DNA of 31,943 nt from Candidatus Rokuibacteriota bacterium (GTDB lineage Bacteria; Methylomirabilota; Methylomirabilia; Rokubacteriales; CSP1-6): NCBI GenBank assembly GCA_016206385.1, contig JACQRS010000108.1, positions 1 through 31,943 of the forward strand, read 5' to 3'. Positions within the stretch are counted from its first letter, which is position 1. Every line of letters begins with the position of its first letter. The notes below the pieces were generated by a model. That model was not told where the DNA came from. It ran no database searches and worked only from the letters and a program-made list of their open reading frames with translations. A program made the position numbers and the translations under genes. Of the stretch, positions 16,697 to 25,086 are shown one piece after another.

Positions 16697-17797
16697 ATGC
16701 AGACGGTCCCGGTCGTCATCCTCAACTACAACGGCGAGCGCCTGCTCCCCGATTGCCTGGACAGCCTCCAGGCGCAGGAGTACCCGGGAACAGAGGTCTG
16801 GGTGGTGGACAACGGATCCACCGATGCCTCCCTGGATCTCGTGCGGGACAAATACCCATGGGTCAAGGTGATCCCCCTGGGCCGAAACTACGGGGTCGCC
16901 AAGGGCTACAATCTCGGGCTTGGGGAGATCCTGAAGGACGAGCGCATCCAGTATTTCGCCACGCTGAATAACGACACCAAGCTGAGCCCCGGCTGGCTGG
17001 GCGCCCTCGTCGAGGTGATGGAGCGGCACCCGCAGGCGGGAACGGTGACCTCCAAGACGGTGTTCTTCTACGAACCGAACAAGATTGACACCACGGGGGT
17101 CCTGCTCTATCGCGACGGGAGCAGCCAGGGGCGGGGGCACCTGGAGATTGACCACGGGCAGTTCGAGGAGGTGGAAGAGGTCTTCGGGGCGTCGCTGGTG
17201 GCCGCCCTGGTCCGCCGGAAGGCCTGGGAGGACGCGGGAGGATTCGAGAATATCTTCTTCGCCTACAACGAAGAGGTGGATCTCAACTGGCGGATGCGGC
17301 TCCGGGGGTGGAAATCGTACTACGCGCCGAAGGCCGTGGCCTACCACGTGCACTCGGCGCATTTCGTCTCGTACTCCCCTATCAAGGTCTACTTCACGGA
17401 GCGGAATCGCATCTGGCACGTGATCCGGAATTTCCCCATGCCCCTCCTGGTGCGTTCGCCATACTATACCGCCGTGCGCTACTGGACGCTGGGCCGGGGA
17501 ATGGCCGGCAAGCGTGGGGCCGCGGCCAAGGTGGCGGAGCGAACCTCCAAGGCGACCATCGCCATCACTCTGCTGAAAGCCTGGGGGGTAGCCCTGGCCC
17601 TCTCTCCTCTGTTCTGGGCAAAGCGCATCGTCAATCAATGGTGCCGGACGGTCCCGTGGCGCGAGGTGGAGGAGTGGCACCGGCGGTACGGGGTGGATGT
17701 GGAGACGCTGACCCTGATGAATCGCGATCGCCTGGATCACGCGCGTCCCAACGAGTCGCTTTCAGGTTCGGGCCTGGGGCCTGCGCCAGGGAAATGA
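16697..17797 (+). CDS. GT2 family glycosyltransferase (rhamnosyltransferase-like)
   Basis: VVILNYNG, VVDNGSTD, LNND (DxD-like), FAYNEEVDL.WR, KVYFTERNRIW. Confidence 0.88.
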   Translation: MQTVPVVILNYNGERLLPDCLDSLQAQEYPGTEVWVVDNGSTDASLDLVRDKYPWVKVIPLGRNYGVAKGYNLGLGEILKDERIQYFATLNNDTKLSPGWLGALVEVMERHPQAGTVTSKTVFFYEPNKIDTTGVLLYRDGSSQGRGHLEIDHGQFEEVEEVFGASLVAALVRRKAWEDAGGFENIFFAYNEEVDLNWRMRLRGWKSYYAPKAVAYHVHSAHFVSYSPIKVYFTERNRIWHVIRNFPMPLLVRSPYYTAVRYWTLGRGMAGKRGAAAKVAERTSKATIAITLLKAWGVALALSPLFWAKRIVNQWCRTVPWREVEEWHRRYGVDVETLTLMNRDRLDHARPNESLSGSGLGPAPGK

Positions 17798-17819
17798 TCC
17801 GACGACACCGGAGGGTGGC

Positions 17820-19034
17820 ATGAGGGCGGGACGTCCCCTGCGCATCGTCAAGATCACGCCCATGCCGTTCTTCGTGGACGCGGGTGGGTGCGTTCGGGTG
17901 CTGGAGGAGGCCCGGGCGCTGGAGCGGGCGGGGCACCGGGTGGTCATCTGCACGTACAACATGGGACGCGACCTGCCCGGCCTGGAGATCGTCCGGGTCC
18001 CGCGGGCCATCCCACAGTATGGTCCAGCGGACCTGGCCCTCACCCCTCGGAAGCTCCTGGTAAAGCTTGGACTGGACATCGCCCTGCTGGCGACAGCCCT
18101 GCGGGTCGCGCGGGCCGTCCGGGCAGACTGCCTGCACGCCCACCTCGACGACGGGGCGCTGCTCGGGCTGATCCTGTCCCGACTGCTTCGGACGCCCATG
18201 ATCTACGATTGCCAGGGCAGTTATACCGCCACCCTCATCGGCGATGGATCGCTTCGGCCGAGATCGCTTGCGGCCCGCCTGAGGGTGTCGGCCGAACGGA
18301 TCGTAGCACGGGCCTGCCCCCTGGTGGTTACGAGTGCGCCCCACACCGCCGAGCACCTGATTCGAGAGGTGGGGATAGAGCCGACGCGGATCCGCGTGCT
18401 GCTGGACCGGATCAACACGGACCTCTTCCAGCCGGGGTTGGCGCCGGCCGGCCTGCGGGAGCGTCTGGCGATCCCGCCCGAAGCCGCCGTCGTCGTATAC
18501 CTGGGCATGTTGCGCGAGTCATACGGCATTGACTTGCTGCTCTCGGCGGCGCGGGCCGTTGCCGCCCGGATGCCGCACGCGCATTTTCTCCTGATGGGCT
18601 ACCCCAACGTGGAGCACTACCGGGCCAGGGCCGAGGCCCTGGGGCTGAACGGGCGGGTCACCTTTACGGGGGCGGTGAACTACTTCGAATCGCCCGCCTA
18701 CCTCGCCCTGGGGGATGTGGCGGTGGCACCGAAGCCGCCCACGCAGGGTGGCGCCAACTCGAAGGTCTTGAACTACATGGCCATGGGCCTTCCGGTGGTC
18801 GCATTCGACGATCCCCTCAACCGAAAAATGCTGGGCGATCTCGGCGTGTTTGCCGTCCCGGGAAGCGCGGCCTCGCTTGCCGAGGGCCTGCTGCACCTCC
18901 TGGCGCAGCCGGATCGCGGCCGAGAGATCGGCCGCGCGCTACGAGACCTGGTGGTCAAGGAATTCGCATGGGCGGATGGGGCCCGCGAGCTGCACGGGGC
19001 CTATGCGGCCGCCGGGGTGCGGGTTGACCGATGA
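17820..19034 (+). CDS. GT4 family glycosyltransferase
   Basis: HAHL, VVVYLGML, VTFTGAV, SKVLNYMAMGLPVV. Confidence 0.87.
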   Translation: MRAGRPLRIVKITPMPFFVDAGGCVRVLEEARALERAGHRVVICTYNMGRDLPGLEIVRVPRAIPQYGPADLALTPRKLLVKLGLDIALLATALRVARAVRADCLHAHLDDGALLGLILSRLLRTPMIYDCQGSYTATLIGDGSLRPRSLAARLRVSAERIVARACPLVVTSAPHTAEHLIREVGIEPTRIRVLLDRINTDLFQPGLAPAGLRERLAIPPEAAVVVYLGMLRESYGIDLLLSAARAVAARMPHAHFLLMGYPNVEHYRARAEALGLNGRVTFTGAVNYFESPAYLALGDVAVAPKPPTQGGANSKVLNYMAMGLPVVAFDDPLNRKMLGDLGVFAVPGSAASLAEGLLHLLAQPDRGREIGRALRDLVVKEFAWADGARELHGAYAAAGVRVDR

Positions 19035-19978
19035 TGTCTGGCTTTGAGAAGCGGCTGGATGACGCAGCGGTCACACCGGATCCGGGTATGGTAGCGGTGC
19101 CCTGTGTGGTGTGCGGGACGTCGGAGGCCCTGCCCCTGTTCGTTCGTCCCGACCTGATGATGGGATTGCCGGGAAAGTTCCGGTTCGTCCGATGCCGGCG
19201 CTGCGGTTTCGAGTACCTGAACCCGCGGCCGGCCGAGATCGGGGCTTGGTACCCCCCACAGTATACCGATTGTCTCGCGAACAGTTCGCTCTCCATCCTG
19301 GCGCGCTGGCGCCTCCGGCGGCGGGCCGCCTGGGCACACGAAGCGGTTCGGGGTACCACCGGTCGGGTCCTTGAGATCGGATGCGGGGACGGCGGGTTCC
19401 TGCAAGAGCTGCGCAACCTGGGCATGGACGCTGAGGGGCTGGACTTCAGCCCGACGGCCGTAGGGCTCGCCCGGCGGCGCGGACTCCAGGTCCAGCAGGG
19501 GTCGGTGGAAGATGCCGGCTATCCCGCGGAGTGCTTCGATCTCGTGGTGATGCGCCACGTGCTCGAACACCTGAGGAACCCGGCTGCCGCACTCGGAATC
19601 GTGCGGGGATGGCTCAGACCAGGCGGACACGTAATGATCGAGGTCCCCAACTGGGATTCTCTCCAGCGACGGGTGTTTGGGCGATTCTGGCACGGGTATG
19701 ATTCGCCGCGCCACTTCTTTGCATTTGCCCCCAAGGATCTTGAGACGTTATTCGGGGTGTGTGGATTCCGGGTGGTGTGGCTGCGCCAGCTCTTCTGCCC
19801 TGGCTCGTGGGTGAACAGCTTCCAGAGCCTGGCAGCCGGGTGGGGGTTCACGCGGCCCGGGTGGGGGACCCGTCCCGCACGAGTCGGGCCGGTTACGTTC
19901 GCCCTGTACCTCCCGGCCCTGGCCGAGGTCGTCCTGCGGCGGGCGGGCATCATGGTCGCGCTGGCGACACGACAATGA
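19031..19978 (+). CDS. Class I SAM-dependent methyltransferase with N-terminal CxxC...CxxC (paralog 1)
   Basis: CVVC...CRRCGFEYLNPRP, VLEIGCGDG, HVLEH, EVPNWDS, PRH. Confidence 0.88.
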   Translation: MMSGFEKRLDDAAVTPDPGMVAVPCVVCGTSEALPLFVRPDLMMGLPGKFRFVRCRRCGFEYLNPRPAEIGAWYPPQYTDCLANSSLSILARWRLRRRAAWAHEAVRGTTGRVLEIGCGDGGFLQELRNLGMDAEGLDFSPTAVGLARRRGLQVQQGSVEDAGYPAECFDLVVMRHVLEHLRNPAAALGIVRGWLRPGGHVMIEVPNWDSLQRRVFGRFWHGYDSPRHFFAFAPKDLETLFGVCGFRVVWLRQLFCPGSWVNSFQSLAAGWGFTRPGWGTRPARVGPVTFALYLPALAEVVLRRAGIMVALATRQ

Positions 19979-20994
19979 GCGAGAACCAAGCATCGGACGT
20001 GGGGAAGGGTCGGGTGCACTGGTCGCGAGCGATAAAGATCGCTCTCAGCGCGGTGATGTTCGTCCTCATCTTTATGCACGTCGGATGGGCACGCCTCGTG
20101 GGCGAACTGAGGGAGCTTTCGGTCTTCACCCTGGTGGTTTCCGTGGGGATCGCCAGCGCCGGTACGATCCTCAGTATCGGGAAATGGCAGACTATCCTGC
20201 GCGCCCAGGGATTCGTGGTTCCATTCCGGCGCCTGCTCCGCATCTACTTCGTCTGCTGGTTCTTCAGCATGGTCACCATCGGGGGAGCGGGGGGGTACGT
20301 GTACCGGGTCTGGGCGCTCAGCCGCGACACGAAAAGCACGGGGGTGGCGGGTGCCACGCTCGTGGTGGATCGCATCGCCGACCTGGCGGGCGCGACCCTC
20401 TTGGTCATTGCCGGCCTGGGGATCACCGCCCCGATGTTCGGGGCCTGGCAGGTGGCGCTAGGCGCGATTGGCCTGGCCGTGCTGTTCGCCGTGGCCGGAT
20501 ACGTTCTCCTGGGCGGCGGGAGCGGCCACGTGTTCGGTCTCGCCCGCTTCCTGCCGGCCGCCTGGGGGAGGCGATTGGCACGGGTCGCGGAGGACTTCGG
20601 GACCTCGGCAAATCGGACGGGTCGATCCGGCTCCCTGTGGTGTCGAATCCTGGTGCTGTCAGTCGCCTTCCATCTTTCGACCGTTTTCCTGAATTACACG
20701 GTCGCGGACCTCCAGGGATGGAACGTTCCCTGGCGATACTTCTTTGCCTTCATCCCCCTGGTGGGGTTGGTGAGCCTCCTGCCGCTCACGGTCAACGGCA
20801 TCGGGTTGAACCAGTGGCTGTACGTGTATCTGTTTTCCGGGGTCGGCCTGGGCCCGCAGCGGGCCCTGCTGCTCTCGCTGCTGATCTTGGCCATCACCGT
20901 GACGTGGGGGCTGGTGGGAGGGGTCGTGTACGCCCTGACGGCGGAGCCGGCCGCCGACCCCGTCCCCGTGTCCGAACTGGAGCGGCCGTGGTGA
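19975..20994 (+). CDS. Lysylphosphatidylglycerol synthase TM region / UPF0104 flippase-like protein (paralog 1)
   Basis: Multi-TM with KWQTIL, GGAGGYVYRV, DRIAD, LPLTVNGIG. ATG 19975 overlaps the previous stop (ATGA). Confidence 0.82.
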   Translation: MSENQASDVGKGRVHWSRAIKIALSAVMFVLIFMHVGWARLVGELRELSVFTLVVSVGIASAGTILSIGKWQTILRAQGFVVPFRRLLRIYFVCWFFSMVTIGGAGGYVYRVWALSRDTKSTGVAGATLVVDRIADLAGATLLVIAGLGITAPMFGAWQVALGAIGLAVLFAVAGYVLLGGGSGHVFGLARFLPAAWGRRLARVAEDFGTSANRTGRSGSLWCRILVLSVAFHLSTVFLNYTVADLQGWNVPWRYFFAFIPLVGLVSLLPLTVNGIGLNQWLYVYLFSGVGLGPQRALLLSLLILAITVTWGLVGGVVYALTAEPAADPVPVSELERPW

Positions 20995-21069
20995 GCGGAT
21001 GGAGAGGGTGTCCCGGCGTTGACTCTTAACGTCACCGTAATTCTGGCCAGAAGGACTTGGGGTTTCCAG

Positions 21070-21312
21070 ATGAATGCGATCATCCTCAGCCTGAAGCGAC
21101 TCTGGGCATGGTGGAAGCGCGTAGCCGAGATCATCGGGACGTTCCAGGCGCGCGTGCTCCTGACCGTGCTCTACTTCATCCTCCTGGCCCCCCTGGCCCT
21201 CCCCTTGCGGCTGTTCGGCGATCCGATCCGCCGGCGTCCCACGGGCCCCACCTTCTGGATCCCGCGGTCGGCCCGGCCGGCATCCCTTGAAGAGGCCCAG
21301 CGCCAACACTAA
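21070..21312 (+). CDS. SxtJ-like small membrane protein (80 aa)
   Basis: WKRVAEIIGTFQARVLLTVLYFILLAPLALPLRLFGDP...TFW resembles the C-terminal half of the SxtJ family. It precedes the carbamoyltransferase. Confidence 0.7.
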   Translation: MNAIILSLKRLWAWWKRVAEIIGTFQARVLLTVLYFILLAPLALPLRLFGDPIRRRPTGPTFWIPRSARPASLEEAQRQH

Positions 21313-21486
21313 ACCCAAACATTGCGGTTGGACCGCAAAGGACGCAAAGCACGCAGAGAACCCCCCTGATATTTCTCGGTCCTGGGAGCCGAAATCCGAG
21401 AGGGAGTCCCGAAGATTGTGGGTAGTCATATTTTTTGGATTTGGTGAGTTGAGGCTGCCCTTTGCGGTCTCTGCGCCCTCTGCGGT
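21312..21486. repeat. Periodic inverted-repeat element, 9-nt CGCA(A/G)AG type (D)
   Basis: aacccaaacattgcggtt (21312-21329), then accgcaaag-gacgcaaag-cacgcagag (21332-21358). Inverted arm ctttgcggt-ctctgcgcc-ctctgcggt (21460-21486). The arms pair at 21/27. Confidence 0.85.
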
Positions 21487-21503
21487 GAAATATTTGAGCT
21501 AAA

Positions 21504-23288
21504 ATGAACATTCTTGGAATCTCCTGCTTCTATCATGATGCCGCGGCTGCCCTGGTACGGGACGGCGAGGTGGTCGCCGCGGCCGAGGAGGAGCGTTTCA
21601 GCCGGATCAAGCACGACTTCTCCTTTCCGCACCGGGCCATCGCCTTCTGCCTGGCCCAGGGTGGGATCACCTCCCGCGACCTGGATTACGTGATCTTCTA
21701 CGAGAAGCCCTTCGTCAAGTTCGAGCGGATCCTGAAGACCTGCCTGGCCACATTTCCGCGCTCCCGTCGTGTCTTTCGCGAGGCAATGGTCGTCTGGCTC
21801 AAGGACAAACTGTGGGTCCGCACCTTGATCCGGCAGACACTGGGGGTAGAGCCCTCGAAGATCCTTTTCTCCGAGCACCACCTTTCTCATGCCGCCAGCG
21901 CCTTCTACTGTTCCCCCTTCGAGGAGGCAGCCATCCTGACCGTGGACGGGGTCGGCGAGTGGACGACCGCTTCATACGGGGTCGGGAGGGATCGGGAGAT
22001 CTCGCTCCTGAAAGAGATTCACTTCCCGCACTCGCTGGGGATGCTCTACAGCGCCTTCACCGCGTACCTCGGCTTCGAGGTCAACGAGGGGGAGTACAAG
22101 GTGATGGGCATGGCCCCCTACGGCCGGCCACGCTACCTGGACGAGGTCTGGCGCCTCATCCGGATGGCCCCGGACGGCAGCTTCGCTTTGGACCTGGACT
22201 ATTTCTCCTACCACTACTCCCCGGAACGGACCTACAACGGGCGCTTCGAGAAGATGTTCGGACCTCCGCGCCCCCCATCCCTGCACTTCTTCACCCGGGA
22301 CACCGGCTTTCCGAGCTACTTCGGTCCCAGGCCGGCTGATTACGATCGGCTAGCCGAGATGAACCAGCACTACGCGGACGTGGCGGCCAGCATCCAAAGG
22401 GTCACCGAGGAAGTGCTCCTGTCCATGGCCCGCCACCTCCGGAAAGAGACGGGGATGAGGCGCCTCTGCCTGGCCGGGGGCGTGGCGCTCAACAGCGTCG
22501 CGAACGGTCGCATCCTGCGGGAGACCGGCTTCGAGGAATGCTATATCCAGCCTGCGGCGGGAGACGGCGGCGGGGCGGTGGGCGCCGCACTCTATGCCTA
22601 TCATGCCCTGCTGGGGAAGCCCCGCCAGTTCGTCATGGAGCATGCGGCGTGGGGGCAGGCCTGGACCCCGGGAGAGATCAGGGAGTTTCTCGAATCACGC
22701 GGGATCGCCCATCAGGAGGTTGGGAGCGAGGATGAACTGGTGAACCGCACCGCGGGATTGCTGGCCGGCGGCAAGGTGGTCGGCTGGTTCCAGGGGCGGT
22801 TCGAGTGGGGGCCGCGCGCGCTGGGCCAGCGGAGCATCCTGGCCGACCCCCGCCGCCCGGAGATGAAGGACATCGTGAACGTGAAGATCAAGTTCCGTGA
22901 GCCCTATCGCCCTTTCGCGCCCTCGGTACTGGCCGACCGGGCGGCGGAATACTTCGACCTGCCGGACGCCGATCGGCACTACCCGGCGCGCTTCATGCTG
23001 TACGTGGTGGACGTGCGGCCCGAGAAGACGCAGGCAGTCCCCGCGACAACGCACGTGGACGGCAGCGCCCGCCTTCAGACGGTTTCGTCCGAGTGGAACC
23101 CCCTTTACCACCAACTCATCCAGCGCTTCGGCGAGGTCACCGGAGTCCCCGTGGTCCTCAACACGTCCTTCAACCTCAAGGGGGAGCCGATCGTCGCCTC
23201 GCCGGCAGACGCCTTCAAGACCTTCGCCTCCAGCGGCATGGATGCCCTGGCGCTGGGACCGTTCATTGTCCGGAAGGAGTCACCCTGA
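21504..23288 (+). CDS. O-carbamoyltransferase, NodU/CmcH (SxtI-like) family
   Basis: GISCFYHDAAAAL, EEERFSRIKHD, EHHLSHA, EYKVMGMAPYG, AGGVALN, GPRALGQRSILADP, RPFAPS, THVDGSARLQTV, LNTSFN. No signal peptide. Confidence 0.95.
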   Translation: MNILGISCFYHDAAAALVRDGEVVAAAEEERFSRIKHDFSFPHRAIAFCLAQGGITSRDLDYVIFYEKPFVKFERILKTCLATFPRSRRVFREAMVVWLKDKLWVRTLIRQTLGVEPSKILFSEHHLSHAASAFYCSPFEEAAILTVDGVGEWTTASYGVGRDREISLLKEIHFPHSLGMLYSAFTAYLGFEVNEGEYKVMGMAPYGRPRYLDEVWRLIRMAPDGSFALDLDYFSYHYSPERTYNGRFEKMFGPPRPPSLHFFTRDTGFPSYFGPRPADYDRLAEMNQHYADVAASIQRVTEEVLLSMARHLRKETGMRRLCLAGGVALNSVANGRILRETGFEECYIQPAAGDGGGAVGAALYAYHALLGKPRQFVMEHAAWGQAWTPGEIREFLESRGIAHQEVGSEDELVNRTAGLLAGGKVVGWFQGRFEWGPRALGQRSILADPRRPEMKDIVNVKIKFREPYRPFAPSVLADRAAEYFDLPDADRHYPARFMLYVVDVRPEKTQAVPATTHVDGSARLQTVSSEWNPLYHQLIQRFGEVTGVPVVLNTSFNLKGEPIVASPADAFKTFASSGMDALALGPFIVRKESP

Positions 23289-23289
23289 G

Positions 23290-23469
23290 ATGCGCTGGCT
23301 CATTGGAATGGTGGACCGGTTCGGGGTGGCGGGGGAGCTGCTGGTCTTCCTCTGGGAACGGAAGCTCTGGTGGATGATTCCCATGGTGCTGGTCCTGCTG
23401 GCCTTCGGCCTCCTCTTGGTGCTGGCGCAGAGCTCGGCCATCGCGCCATTTATCTATACGCTGTTTTGA
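23290..23469 (+). CDS. DUF5989/SxtK-like single-TM peptide (59 aa), copy 1
   Basis: MRWLIGMVDRFGVAGELLVFLWERKLWWMIPMVLVLLAFGLLLVLAQSSAIAPFIYTLF. AAGGAG RBS inside the carbamoyltransferase 3' end. Confidence 0.88.
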   Translation: MRWLIGMVDRFGVAGELLVFLWERKLWWMIPMVLVLLAFGLLLVLAQSSAIAPFIYTLF

Positions 23470-23514
23470 AGTCCGGGAGCAGGGATATTGCACAAGGGAT
23501 GGCTCGGGGGACGC

Positions 23515-24684
23515 TCAGCGACTCTTCTGCCATCCAGCCTTCGAACCGAGGCGCGTCCGTACCACCTGATAGATGCGCTGGGCCACCAATCGGTTTCCCT
23601 CGGGTCCGTAATGAAACATATCAATGTAGATATCGTCGGAGTTGGCATTGAACACGTCGGCGATGTAGTAGAGATGGGAGCGTTTGAGATTCCGCACCAG
23701 GCGGTAGGCGGCTTGATACAGGGGCGGGAGCCCGGGAGACCGGCGGCGCGCGGCCCGCAGAATTTTCTCTTCTTCGGCACTCAGAGGCTTGCCCTCTGCG
23801 AAGATGATGGGTTGCCAGAATACCGCGTAATCGAAGGCGTAGCGTCGGGCGAAGACCTCGATGAAATCCATGTTCCGGAGATAGGACTCAACCAATGAGT
23901 TGGCAAGCTGTTCAATGTCTGCAGGGGATCGGTTGAATTGCGCCGAATCAGTTTGCTGCGTTCGCGCTCGCGCGATGAGCCGTTCCAGCAGCGTCGTCGT
24001 ATTGGTCTTGAAAAGATAGCTGAAGCTCCCCCGCCGGGTCTCGTTCGCCGTTTCGAATATCCGCTTCAACTGATCGAAGTTGGAATGGAGATCCGATGGG
24101 CCGAGTTGGTAGCCGGTGTAAATATCGTTCGCCCCGTCCAAGAATATTACCAGGTCGGGCTTCCGATCTGACTTCAATTCGAGCATCAACTTGATGACTT
24201 CTTGCGTGCTGACCCAGGACGATTCCCCATAGTTTACGATGCAGACCGGACGGCCGTCCTTTGTCAACCGGTCCGCAAGCAATGAAGGGATCGTGCCCCA
24301 GTCGGGGACGCCGGTGCCCCACAGGGTGGATCCGCCGAACATGTAAATGAGGTACGTCTTCCCGTCACAGCGCGTATTGAGCGTCCGCCGTAGCCCCCGG
24401 GCATCCACGACGATCGTGGTTCCCGCGTAGGGAATACGACGCCAGACCACGTATGACTCATACATGAACCTGCCGCTCGCAGGGATCTCCCGCCAGTACG
24501 TCGCGCCCCAGGGTTCGGCCTTATACAGTGGGACGGCGGACCGAGGGTCGGTCGAGGTTCGGGCGTACAGCGACAGAACGAGGAAGGCCCCGACTTCCAG
24601 GGCCACGAAGAGCAGCCCGGTGATGCCGAGAAGAATGAGGCCGGACAGGACGAGCCGTTTCATCCGGCTGGATCCGATCTTCAT
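23515..24684 (-). CDS. Membrane-anchored SGNH/GDSL family protein (copy A, opposite strand)
   Basis: N-terminal TM, block I FGGSTLWG, NYG, block III DGAND, block V DMFH (DxxH). AGGAGG RBS on the minus strand. A sampled 60-nt line is about 55% GC versus about 75% in a sampled rfbG line. Confidence 0.85.
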   Translation of the reverse strand: MKIGSSRMKRLVLSGLILLGITGLLFVALEVGAFLVLSLYARTSTDPRSAVPLYKAEPWGATYWREIPASGRFMYESYVVWRRIPYAGTTIVVDARGLRRTLNTRCDGKTYLIYMFGGSTLWGTGVPDWGTIPSLLADRLTKDGRPVCIVNYGESSWVSTQEVIKLMLELKSDRKPDLVIFLDGANDIYTGYQLGPSDLHSNFDQLKRIFETANETRRGSFSYLFKTNTTTLLERLIARARTQQTDSAQFNRSPADIEQLANSLVESYLRNMDFIEVFARRYAFDYAVFWQPIIFAEGKPLSAEEEKILRAARRRSPGLPPLYQAAYRLVRNLKRSHLYYIADVFNANSDDIYIDMFHYGPEGNRLVAQRIYQVVRTRLGSKAGWQKSR

Positions 24685-24734
24685 AAGCGAGCCTCCTGGG
24701 TGGGTGGAAGGTGTCCCGGTGCTTGGCGGGCTGC

Positions 24735-24740
24735 ATTATA
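24735..24740 (-). promoter_or_regulatory. Candidate sigma70 -10 box for the inverted SGNH gene
   Basis: Perfect TATAAT on the minus strand about 50 nt upstream of ATG 24684. The -35 match is poor (TTCCCT at 17 nt spacing). Confidence 0.35.
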
Positions 24741-24806
24741 AGTCGGTTTCATCCTGGAGGGAAGTTGTAGCCGATTTTCCTGTCGGTCTAAAGGCGTCAA
24801 CCTGAT

Positions 24807-24986
24807 ATGCGCTGGCTAGCTGGGATGGTGGACCGGTTCGGGGTCGCGGGGGAGCTGCTGATCTTCCTCTGGGAGCGGAAGCTCTGGTGGATGATTCCCA
24901 TGGTGCTGGTGCTGCTGGGCTTCGGCCTCCTCTTGGTGCTGGCGCAAAGCTCGGCCATTGCGCCATTCATCTATACGCTGTTTTGA
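24807..24986 (+). CDS. DUF5989/SxtK-like single-TM peptide (59 aa), copy 2 (missed by the ORF track)
   Basis: MRWLAGMVDRFGVAGELLIFLWERKLWWMIPMVLVLLGFGLLLVLAQSSAIAPFIYTLF. 56/59 aa identical to copy 1. Confidence 0.85.
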   Translation: MRWLAGMVDRFGVAGELLIFLWERKLWWMIPMVLVLLGFGLLLVLAQSSAIAPFIYTLF

Positions 24987-25086
24987 GGTGGAGCACCACG
25001 ATCGAGAAGGAGAGAAGATCCCGGCGGGTGACAACCTTGCGGGGGAGGAGGTAGTCGCCCGGGGTGGCATCGGAAGGCAGGGCAGG

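Noticed and set aside
18745-18800. GT4 with Asn (KVLNY) where Glu (K..EY) is usual
   Set aside because: It is a single substitution in an otherwise intact ORF and is not enough to call inactivation or novelty.
21019-21045. Possible sigma70 promoter (TTGACT) before the SxtJ-like gene
   Set aside because: There is no acceptable -10 hexamer at 16-18 nt spacing.
24464-24805. 113-aa + strand ORF as a second carbamoyltransferase remnant
   Set aside because: It mostly overlaps the SGNH gene antisense. Only the last ~16 nt resemble the carbamoyltransferase 3' end, which is already covered under the DUF5989 duplication.
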